Shown here piece after piece: positions 8,285-15,688 of a stretch of 34,501 nt of DNA. The translations under genes were made by a program, and so were the position numbers. Below the pieces are notes generated by a model that had not been told where the DNA came from, did not search any database, and worked only from the letters and a program-made list of their open reading frames with translations. Within the stretch, counting starts at the first letter, position 1, and every line of letters begins with the position of its first letter. Source of the DNA: Alphaproteobacteria bacterium (GTDB taxonomy: Bacteria > Pseudomonadota > Alphaproteobacteria > CAAGCB01 > CAG-977); NCBI GenBank assembly GCA_021639925.1, contig JAJXEL010000002.1, forward strand, positions 930 to 35,430, written 5' to 3'.

Positions 8285-8691
8285 CTGCAGATAAACGTCC
8301 CTTGTTGGCAAAAGTTCATATCGCTAAAGCTCAACTGAACCTTGACGACGAACAATACCGCGATATTGTGCGGCGCGTTACTGGAAAGGACAGCGCGGCA
8401 AAGTGCCGTTATTCCCAACTGGTCGATTTGATCAATGAATTTAAATCCCTAGGCTGGAAAACGCCGAAGAAAAAGGCGTTCCGCCGCACGCCGTCTGACG
8501 GAATTAAAAAAATCTATGCGCTTTGGGGCGAGTTGCAGACTGCGGGAGCAGTGCAATCAACCGACAAAACCGCGCTTGATGCTTTTGTGAAAAAGTACAC
8601 CGGCATCGACAGCGTTCAGTGGCTTTTGCCCGCCAAACAGCAAAAAATCATCGAAATCCTGAAGCAATGGATTAAAAGAATCGGGGGATAA
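8281..8691 (+). CDS. gemA: GemA-like protein (Mu gp16 / DUF1018 family)
   Basis: LLAKVHIAKAQLNLDDEQYRDIVRRVTGKDSAAKCRYSQLVDLINEFKSLGW matches the conserved GemA N-terminal block. It sits immediately upstream of the mor-like gene, as in Mu. Confidence 0.7.
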   Translation: MTADKRPLLAKVHIAKAQLNLDDEQYRDIVRRVTGKDSAAKCRYSQLVDLINEFKSLGWKTPKKKAFRRTPSDGIKKIYALWGELQTAGAVQSTDKTALDAFVKKYTGIDSVQWLLPAKQQKIIEILKQWIKRIGG

Positions 8692-8692
8692 A

Positions 8693-9091
8693 ATGTCGCA
8701 GTTGACAGGAGTTTTGGCGGAATTTGAAGAAATCGCCGGCTTTGCCGCAGCAATCAAAATTGCGGCGGTCAAGGGCGGAACGGTTGCTTATATCCCGCAA
8801 CCGCGAAACCTGAAGCCCGAACACTGGCTTTGCGCGGCAATCGGGTCGGAAGACGCCATTAAAATCGCAAAACAATTCGGCGGCAATGAAATTGAAATTC
8901 CTTTGGGCCCGTTCGGCGGGAATCGCGGCCGCGTGTGGCGCATTATCCGTCAGGCAATCAAAGACGGCCATTCCGCCGCCAAAGCCGCCCGCTTGGCCGG
9001 CGTAACGATGCGCACCGTCCGCCGCCACAAATCCGGCGAAACAGCGGGAAATAAGGAAAAGGAGGGTCAGGGAGTGTTGTTTTTATTTTAA
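8693..9091 (+). CDS. mor: Mor/C-family transcriptional activator
   Basis: GGTVAYIP block (compare GGGQVYIP in Mu Mor) and C-terminal HTH SAAKAARLAGVTMRTVRRH. About 130 aa, last gene of the early/middle block. Confidence 0.6.
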   Translation: MSQLTGVLAEFEEIAGFAAAIKIAAVKGGTVAYIPQPRNLKPEHWLCAAIGSEDAIKIAKQFGGNEIEIPLGPFGGNRGRVWRIIRQAIKDGHSAAKAARLAGVTMRTVRRHKSGETAGNKEKEGQGVLFLF

Positions 9092-11364
9092 CATCCAAGG
9101 GATGATTTCAGTTCCCTTATTTCTTTTAAGTGAGTATTTCTATTCTTCGTTTCTTCTTCTTCCAACAACCATTTTTCTGCATCATCTAACATACTTAAAA
9201 TCTCTTTTTCTTTTAAGCCATGTAACCTGACATAAGAGGCAAGCTGCTCAGAAAAAATATAGACATGATAAGCTTTTCGTCTATCACTTTCATAACAATT
9301 CTTTAATATTCTTAAGCTCTTAACAAGTTCTTCTTTCGCTTCATTATTTTTTCTTGAAGCTTCAAAATTTGCGTTGAACATAATAACGGCTTGAGTGTTT
9401 AACAAAGAAAAATCGCCCAAAAATGAAGATGAGATCGCTTTTTGAATCCAAAAAAATGCATCTGTGAAATTTTTTTGTTTAGATAAATAAAGCGAAAACT
9501 GCTGCTTTAAGTAAGGAGAATTATCTTTTTGCATAGCATTCATATAAAATAATTTTCCTTCTTCTATATTTTTAAAGTATTTATATATATAATCTGAATC
9601 ATAGCCTCTACGTTTAAAGATATAGTAATCAACGATATTAATCGGCGATATCCTTTCATGGAATTGAATTAAAACCTCCTTCATTAAATCTATAGAAGCA
9701 TTGTTTAAAATCGTCTCTTTTAATATTTTTGATCTAATTTCAAAAAATTCTTGATTTTCTTTGTATTTTACGCTTGATGGATCTATATCTACGATTAGAT
9801 TTCTTAATTTTTCAATGGACGCCACGGTATCCAAAATAGGTTTTTTAGAAAAAGAAATTATCATATTCATGGACATCGGTAGACGACAGTCTTTCATATA
9901 GCAAATAGCTAACAAAATTTTTAAAAGTTCCGGATCATTAAGCTCCAGATCAGAAAACAAACGAGAAAAACGTTCTTTTAATGAAGAATTCTTTATGTTT
10001 TTTTCCACAAACTCAAAAATGGTGTCATTATCTATAAAACGAAAATAAGTTGTTTTTTTGAGATTTAAAGGGATTGTGTTGAATAAATTTGAAGCATCTT
10101 TTTTTGATATATTATCAATTATTATTTTAGAAAAATTCTCTTTTTTTATTTTATGAGAAACTGTTTCATAAAAATAAATTAAATCTGTAGCGATAATTTG
10201 TATATTTTTCTCTTCTTGAAAGACGCGCAGAGCATCAACATCATTTACAAAATCATCTATGAAAATCGTCAACTTTTGCCTCTCTTTTTTTATAAGATTA
10301 ACAATATACAATGCTATTTCTTTCGTCGGAGAGGTAAGATATATTTTTTGCTTTCCTTTTAACTCACAAGCCAATTGCATTAACAAAGTACTTTTCCCAG
10401 AAGACGGAGTCCCAAGAAGTAAAATATTTTCATTTTTATATATTTTTTCAAGTACATTATGAAATGTAGATATTTTATACAGACCACCCCCCAAAACATC
10501 AATCCACTCGGGTTGATTTCCACAATAAAAATCATCAATATTTCTAAAATAGGGGGCAATAGTTGGGACAGAATATCTAGAAATGCTATTTTGTCTCTGT
10601 GTAATCTTTTTTTGGTTTTGAAGCTCTTTAATATGTTTTAAAAAGTCTTTTACATCGCCCGTTATCGGCTTAAATCCTAAAGATTCATAATATTCTGTTT
10701 TTTCTATATTATTTGATATAATCCAGAAATTCTTTTTGTTCCTTGAGTTTGAGCACGCCCTATTTATAGCAGCAAGGACATCATTATCTTTCATAGATGT
10801 CCCGATAAAGACAGTAGGACACTCTTCACATTGAATAGACAATCTATTGAATAAAGTGTTCTCATATTGCAAATGCCCCGTAGCCATGTCTATAGCCGAA
10901 AAAGGCATTTTTTGATTATTTAAAATACTTCCATGTAAAGGTATATAACGAATGATTTCAGGGGAAGAGGGTTCTCCTCTTATAGTAACATCACGTAGTG
11001 AAAATGAAGAATTATCTTCATATATCTTATATATCAAATCGTCAACGTTAACTGTAAAAATATTATTACAATTTAATTTTAATATATTTTTATATTCTGG
11101 ATCATATTCATCAACGGTAAATGTTTCTTTAAGAAATTTTTCTAACTCTCCAGGGAATCTAGCTTTAATTATAGACGTAACCTCTTGTAAATCATCACCT
11201 GAAACCTGATACTTTTTTTTCAGTTGCATACATAATGCTTGACCTATGGGAAGATTCTCTTTACTTTTATTTTTGGCGTAAACAGAAAATCCTGCACCTA
11301 AGAAAAGATTGATCTCATTTTGGAGATCTTGGTTGAAAATTTCTATCATTTCAGATTTCAGCAT
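9088..11364 (-). CDS. SIR2-like / P-loop NTPase (STAND-like) / helical-repeat protein; Avs5 (AVAST type V)-like defence candidate, 758 aa
   Basis: SIR2_2-type blocks LFLGAGFS, FTVNVDDL, IPLHGS and VFIGTSMKDNDV. Walker A LLLGTPSSGKSTLLMQLA and Walker B LTIFIDDF. Long helical C-terminus. The ATG at 11364 is preceded by GAGGAG at a 6-nt spacing. The track start (11451) lies in a terminator hairpin. Strongly AT-rich: hand counts of two 60-nt lines gave 15% and 35% G+C, versus about 63% in a flanking line. Confidence 0.8.
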   Translation of the reverse strand: MLKSEMIEIFNQDLQNEINLFLGAGFSVYAKNKSKENLPIGQALCMQLKKKYQVSGDDLQEVTSIIKARFPGELEKFLKETFTVDEYDPEYKNILKLNCNNIFTVNVDDLIYKIYEDNSSFSLRDVTIRGEPSSPEIIRYIPLHGSILNNQKMPFSAIDMATGHLQYENTLFNRLSIQCEECPTVFIGTSMKDNDVLAAINRACSNSRNKKNFWIISNNIEKTEYYESLGFKPITGDVKDFLKHIKELQNQKKITQRQNSISRYSVPTIAPYFRNIDDFYCGNQPEWIDVLGGGLYKISTFHNVLEKIYKNENILLLGTPSSGKSTLLMQLACELKGKQKIYLTSPTKEIALYIVNLIKKERQKLTIFIDDFVNDVDALRVFQEEKNIQIIATDLIYFYETVSHKIKKENFSKIIIDNISKKDASNLFNTIPLNLKKTTYFRFIDNDTIFEFVEKNIKNSSLKERFSRLFSDLELNDPELLKILLAICYMKDCRLPMSMNMIISFSKKPILDTVASIEKLRNLIVDIDPSSVKYKENQEFFEIRSKILKETILNNASIDLMKEVLIQFHERISPINIVDYYIFKRRGYDSDYIYKYFKNIEEGKLFYMNAMQKDNSPYLKQQFSLYLSKQKNFTDAFFWIQKAISSSFLGDFSLLNTQAVIMFNANFEASRKNNEAKEELVKSLRILKNCYESDRRKAYHVYIFSEQLASYVRLHGLKEKEILSMLDDAEKWLLEEEETKNRNTHLKEIRELKSSLGC

Positions 11365-11404
11365 AATCAACTCCTCATAAAATACCCTTAAAAGATATAA
11401 CATA

Positions 11405-11429
11405 TCCCCCTGACAAATGACACAATTTT
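11405..11429. repeat. copy A of a shared 25-bp element tccccctgacaaatgacacaatttt, in the 5' flank of the SIR2-NTPase gene
   Basis: Identical to 18196-18220. It lies 41-65 nt upstream of the ATG at 11364 on the minus strand. The track ORFs read it in different frames in the two copies, so it is non-coding. Confidence 0.9.
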
Positions 11430-11432
11430 TTA

Positions 11433-11460
11433 GAATGGCAGATTCTGCCATTCTTTTTTT
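11433..11460 (+). terminator. strong intrinsic terminator oriented for + strand transcription
   Basis: gaatggcag (11433-11441) pairs with ctgccattc (11445-11453): 9-bp perfect stem, 3-nt loop, then 7 T (11454-11460). Confidence 0.7.
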
Positions 11461-11489
11461 GTGTTTATTGAAACAGAGGGAAAATAACT

Positions 11490-11690
11490 ATGGCTGATTT
11501 GGCTGACATGGCGCAGGCAGAACAGGAACGACTGAACGCCCGATCCGCAGAGCGTCTGACGCGGAATCATGCGCTGGAAACATTGGAATTTTGCGCCGAA
11601 TGCGGGGAACCGATTCCCGAAGCCCGCCGTTTGGCCGTTCCGGGATGCCGTCTGTGCATTGATTGCCAGACGGAACGGGAGTGCGGCTGA
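11490..11690 (+). CDS. TraR/DksA-family C4 zinc finger protein
   Basis: CAECGEPIPEARRLAVPGCRLCIDCQ is a four-Cys motif. 66 aa. Confidence 0.75.
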   Translation: MADLADMAQAEQERLNARSAERLTRNHALETLEFCAECGEPIPEARRLAVPGCRLCIDCQTERECG

Positions 11691-12004
11691 TGGCGGCGTT
11701 TATCGGATTCATTAAAGATTACTGGGGCGTTATTGTCGGTATCGCAGGATTTTTCTTCGGCTGGGTAAAGTTTACGGCGGCCAAGACTTACGCCTTGAAA
11801 GAAGATTTAAGCAAAATCGAAAAACGTTTGGACGTTTTGGAACAAGGATATAAGAACGTCGCCAGCAAAGACGACATTCACAAAATCAGCATTCAAGTTG
11901 AACGATTGACGGGCGAAATGAAGCGCATTGACAGCGTTTTGACACGCACGGAAGCCATTTTGCAAAGACAGGAAGAATATCTGCTGAACGGAGGGCGCAA
12001 GTAA
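11690..12004 (+). CDS. membrane-anchored coiled-coil protein (Mu gp25-like, possibly DUF2730)
   Basis: The ATG at 11690 overlaps the upstream TGA. N-terminal TM helix YWGVIVGIAGFFFGWV, then a heptad-like region. Confidence 0.45.
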   Translation: MAAFIGFIKDYWGVIVGIAGFFFGWVKFTAAKTYALKEDLSKIEKRLDVLEQGYKNVASKDDIHKISIQVERLTGEMKRIDSVLTRTEAILQRQEEYLLNGGRK

Positions 12005-12297
12005 TGGAATATCGGCAGTTAATTACGGAAAACCAGCGTCTGGCCGTACTAAAGTTTTTAAAGGACGACGGCGATTACACGCTGAACACGTCGATTTTGC
12101 AAGACGGATTGACGGCGATCGGTCTGGATATTTCCCGCGATAAACTGGAAACGGAAGTCAACTGGCTAAAGGAACAGGGATTAGTTGAAATTGAACATTA
12201 CCGCAGCGTTACGGTGGTTAAGCTGACGGGACGCGGATTGGACGTTGCCGAAGGGCGCGCCGTCGTTCCGGGCGTAAAACGTCCCAGACCGGTTTAA
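12004..12297 (+). CDS. hypothetical protein, winged-helix-like (Mu gp26 position)
   Basis: ORF with TAATG coupling, located upstream of the gp27-like gene. Confidence 0.45.
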   Translation: MEYRQLITENQRLAVLKFLKDDGDYTLNTSILQDGLTAIGLDISRDKLETEVNWLKEQGLVEIEHYRSVTVVKLTGRGLDVAEGRAVVPGVKRPRPV

Positions 12298-12309
12298 AGG
12301 GCGGTTAAA

Positions 12310-12858
12310 ATGGTTCGTAAATCCACAATCAAACAGCTTCCGGCCGACATTCGCGCCGAGCTTGACCGTTTATTAGCCGAAGGGCGCGTCACGATTGACG
12401 AAATCGTGGCGCATTTAAAAAAGCTGGGCGCATCCGTGTCACGTTCGGCGGTCGGACGTTATTCGCAAAAATTTGAAGACGTGTCCCGCAAAATGCGCGA
12501 AGCCAGAGAAGTTTCAGCCGCGTTTGCCCAAGAGTTGGGCGATTTGAAAAACGATGAAGTCGGCCGCCAACTGACCGAAATGTTGCGCACGGTCATTTTT
12601 AACGTTCTGCTTCCGAAAGTGTCGAACGAAGAAGCTGCTGTCAAACCGTCTGATTTAATGCTAATGGCCAAAGCGATTAAAGATTTGTCTTCAGCCAATA
12701 AACTATCGGCGGATTTAGAATTGAAGATTCGGAAAGAAGCTGCGGAACAAGCCAAAGAGGAAGCCATCAAAGGCGTTATTGCCGCCGGAAAGAAAAACGG
12801 TCTGTCCAAAGAAGTGCTGGACGCGATGAAGCGCGGCGTTTTCGGGTTGGAGGAATAA
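12310..12858 (+). CDS. Mu gp27-like protein (DUF3486), putative small terminase subunit
   Basis: STIKQLPADIRAELDRLLAEGRVTIDEIVAHLKKLGASVSRSAVGRYSQKF matches the DUF3486 N-terminal pattern. Directly upstream of the large terminase. Confidence 0.7.
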   Translation: MVRKSTIKQLPADIRAELDRLLAEGRVTIDEIVAHLKKLGASVSRSAVGRYSQKFEDVSRKMREAREVSAAFAQELGDLKNDEVGRQLTEMLRTVIFNVLLPKVSNEEAAVKPSDLMLMAKAIKDLSSANKLSADLELKIRKEAAEQAKEEAIKGVIAAGKKNGLSKEVLDAMKRGVFGLEE

Positions 12859-14334
12859 ATGCGGAAATTGCCCTCCGTTTTTCTGCCGTATCAAAAACAG
12901 CTGATGCAAAGCGTTTACGCCAACCCTGTAACAGTTGTCGAAAAATCAAGGCGCACCGGGTATTCCTGGGCAATGGGCGGCATCGCGGCTTTGATTGCTT
13001 CGGCGCAAAGTTCGGCGGGCGGCCAGGACGTGCTTTATTTAGGCTATAATTTGGAAATGGCGCGGGAGTTTATAGATTATGTTGCCGAGTTTTCAAAACA
13101 GATTTTAACGGTCACTACCGACGTTCAGGATACCGTATTTGAAGACGACACCCGCCCCGAAAAGAGCATCAAGGCGTTCAGAATAGAATTTGCAAGCGGG
13201 TTTAAAGTCTTAGCCCTGCCGTCGGTTCCGCGTTCCTTGCGCGGTATGCAGGGGCTGGTCGTTATTGACGAAGCCGCGTTTCACGACGACCTGCCCGAAG
13301 TAATGAAAGCCGCCTTTGCTCTTTTAATCTGGGGCGGCAAAGTCGTTATCATTTCGACGCACGACGGGGCGGAAAACCCGTTTAATCAATTGTGCGAAGA
13401 CATCAAAAAAGGCAACCTGCCCTATAAACTGCTGCACTGTTCGTTTGACGAAGCCGTGCAAGACGGGCTTTTCAAGCGGATTTGCTTTACCAAAGGCGAA
13501 GAGTGGACACCGGAAAAGGAAACGGCGTGGGTCGATGAAATCCGCGCGTTTTACGGAGATTCCGCCGCCGAAGAGCTGGACTGCGTTCCCGCGCGCGGCT
13601 CGGGAAGCTATTTTTCACGGATCATTTTGGAAAATTGCCAAGATAGAACCGCCCCGGTTTTGCGCTACACTCAACCCGCCGAGTTTGTTTTAAATGAACG
13701 GCGTTCCGACATTACAAAGGAATGGACGATGGCGGTTCTGCGCCCCGTCATTGATTCCCTGCCTTTGGTAAAACGCACTGTTTTGGGACAAGACTTCGGA
13801 CGCGACGGCGACTTGTCCGTTATTTGGGTATTGCAGGAAGAAAACCCGACGCTTTGGAAAACGGCGTTTGTTTTGGAACTGCGTTCAATCCCGTTTGACG
13901 TCCAACAACAGATTTTATTTGAAATCATAGACAAGCTGCCGTTATTTCATCACGCCAAGTTTGACGCGCGCGGCAACGGACAGAGCCATGCCGAAGCGGC
14001 GTTGCAGAAATACGGCGCGTCCAAAGTCGAATGCGTTATGGCGTCGCCCAAGTGGTACGGGGAATGGTTCCCGAAATACAAACGCGCTTATGAAGACCGA
14101 AGCATCACCGTTCCCGAAAGCGAAGACATTATCGCCGATCATCGTTTGGTCGTTTTAAACAAAGGCGTTCCGGGAATGAGCGACAAGCGCGTCAAAGGTT
14201 CGGACGGCAAATACCGCCACGGCGACAGCGCAGTCGCGGGCGTTTTGGCTTGGGCGGCGGCGCGAACGGAAGGCGAACCTGCGTTCGGAGCAAGCGTCAA
14301 CAAGCCGGAAAGGAGATTCAATGTTTGGATTTAA
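12859..14334 (+). CDS. terminase large subunit (Mu gp28-like)
   Basis: 491 aa. N-terminal VEKSRRTGYSWAMG ATPase-like block and VVIDEAAF Walker B-like block. Positioned between the gp27-like gene and the portal. Confidence 0.8.
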   Translation: MRKLPSVFLPYQKQLMQSVYANPVTVVEKSRRTGYSWAMGGIAALIASAQSSAGGQDVLYLGYNLEMAREFIDYVAEFSKQILTVTTDVQDTVFEDDTRPEKSIKAFRIEFASGFKVLALPSVPRSLRGMQGLVVIDEAAFHDDLPEVMKAAFALLIWGGKVVIISTHDGAENPFNQLCEDIKKGNLPYKLLHCSFDEAVQDGLFKRICFTKGEEWTPEKETAWVDEIRAFYGDSAAEELDCVPARGSGSYFSRIILENCQDRTAPVLRYTQPAEFVLNERRSDITKEWTMAVLRPVIDSLPLVKRTVLGQDFGRDGDLSVIWVLQEENPTLWKTAFVLELRSIPFDVQQQILFEIIDKLPLFHHAKFDARGNGQSHAEAALQKYGASKVECVMASPKWYGEWFPKYKRAYEDRSITVPESEDIIADHRLVVLNKGVPGMSDKRVKGSDGKYRHGDSAVAGVLAWAAARTEGEPAFGASVNKPERRFNVWI

Positions 14335-15688
14335 GAAAAAGCAATCGGCGGAAAAGTTTGTTGAATCTGTGGGCATTTCCGTAGAAGAAGAAGGCTTTAC
14401 AAAACTGACGGGCAACAAAGACCGCTCTTTATCGTCATTAACGCAGGAAAGAATGCAGGAGCTGGCTGTTTTCCTGTGGAAAAGTAATCCTCTAGCCAAC
14501 CGTATTATTGAATTGCCGCTTGTTTATTTGCTGGCCGAAGGCGTAACAATGAGCGTTCAAGATGAAACGGCGCAAGCATGGTTGGACGAATTTTGGAATG
14601 ACCCGATCAATCAAATAGACGTCAAACTGCCGAAAAAAGTCCGCGAAATGTCCTTGTTCGGCGAACAGTGCTGGCCTGTTTTTAAAAATCCGACAAACGG
14701 CGCGGTACGGCTGGGGTATCTGGATCCCGGACTGATTAAAGAAGTAAAGACAGACCCCGATAATACCGAGCAGCCGATCGGCGTTATTACAAAGGCTTTG
14801 GGCAGAAAGCGCAAATCAAAAAAGTACCGAATCATCGTTCCCGGTTCGGAAAACATTTTCGGAGAAGAAGCAAAGAAAATCCGCGAAGAATTTAACGACG
14901 GCGAATGTTTTTACTTTAACATTAACGCGCTGTCGTCGTCTTCGCGGGGGTTGTCGGATTTATTGGCGACAATGGACTGGCTGGATTTGTATGATAAAGC
15001 TCTGTTCGGCGAGGTTGAACGCTGGGACGCTCTGCGGTCTTTTATCTGGGACGTGACGCTGCGCGGAGCTACCGAAGAAACCGTCAAAAAGCGCGCTTCG
15101 GAAATCGAAGTGCCGTCTTCGGGCGGCGTGCGCGTGCATAACGATGCGGAAACATGGCAGGCGGTTACTCCTGATTTACAGGCGGCAAACGGTGCGGAAA
15201 ACGCGAGGACGGTGCGCAATCATATTTTGGGCGGATCTACATTGCCGGAACACTGGTACGGCGGCGGTGGAGACGTCAACCGTTCAACAGCGGGCGAAAT
15301 GGGCGAACCGACCTTTAAAACGTTCAAGTTTCGCCAGACCGAGTGGAAACATATCCTTGAAACCGTTTGTTTTTACGCCGTTTATTCAAGATTGGAAAAA
15401 ACGGGAAATATCCCCGAAGACCTGCGGGATTACCGCCCCGTCGCACAGTTCCCCGAATTAACGCACCGCGACACGTCGGTTTATGCGGCGGCGTTGCAGC
15501 AAACCGTCGTCGCCGTCGGCATTGCCGTTGAAAAAGGCATGATGACGGAAGAAACGGCCGTATCCGTTATCGGTTCAATGATTTCCCGTATCGGCATTGA
15601 AATTGACCCTGTCGAAGAATTGGAAAAAGCCCGTGCTAAAGCCCACATTCAGGCAGAGGACGACATTTACGATGAACAAGACGTTTGA
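14321..15688 (+). CDS. portal protein (Mu gp29-like, DUF935)
   Basis: 455 aa, AGGAG RBS, located between terminase and MuF. Acidic C-terminus. Confidence 0.75.
   Translation: MFGFKKKQSAEKFVESVGISVEEEGFTKLTGNKDRSLSSLTQERMQELAVFLWKSNPLANRIIELPLVYLLAEGVTMSVQDETAQAWLDEFWNDPINQIDVKLPKKVREMSLFGEQCWPVFKNPTNGAVRLGYLDPGLIKEVKTDPDNTEQPIGVITKALGRKRKSKKYRIIVPGSENIFGEEAKKIREEFNDGECFYFNINALSSSSRGLSDLLATMDWLDLYDKALFGEVERWDALRSFIWDVTLRGATEETVKKRASEIEVPSSGGVRVHNDAETWQAVTPDLQAANGAENARTVRNHILGGSTLPEHWYGGGGDVNRSTAGEMGEPTFKTFKFRQTEWKHILETVCFYAVYSRLEKTGNIPEDLRDYRPVAQFPELTHRDTSVYAAALQQTVVAVGIAVEKGMMTEETAVSVIGSMISRIGIEIDPVEELEKARAKAHIQAEDDIYDEQDV

Noticed and set aside
8489-8498. Neisseria DNA uptake sequence (gccgtctgac at 8489-8498, atgccgtctgtg near 11645) and a Haemophilus USS-like aagtgcggg near 4774, used to name the host
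   Set aside because: All are one or more mismatches from the canonical GCCGTCTGAA and AAGTGCGGT. I saw no exact copies in 34.5 kb, so I make no host assignment.
9097-9118. Hairpin aaggga/tccctt followed by a T-rich run as the terminator of mor
   Set aside because: It has only a 6-bp stem with a 10-nt loop and lies inside the C-terminal coding sequence of the SIR2-NTPase gene. It is too weak to call.
11365-11451. Track start at 11451 for the 787-aa ORF (MAESAILKNCVICQGD...)
   Set aside because: The extra 29 codons run through the + strand terminator hairpin and the shared 25-bp element, which the other copy reads in a different frame. The internal ATG at 11364 has a GAGGAG SD sequence at ideal spacing, so the extension is treated as non-coding leader.
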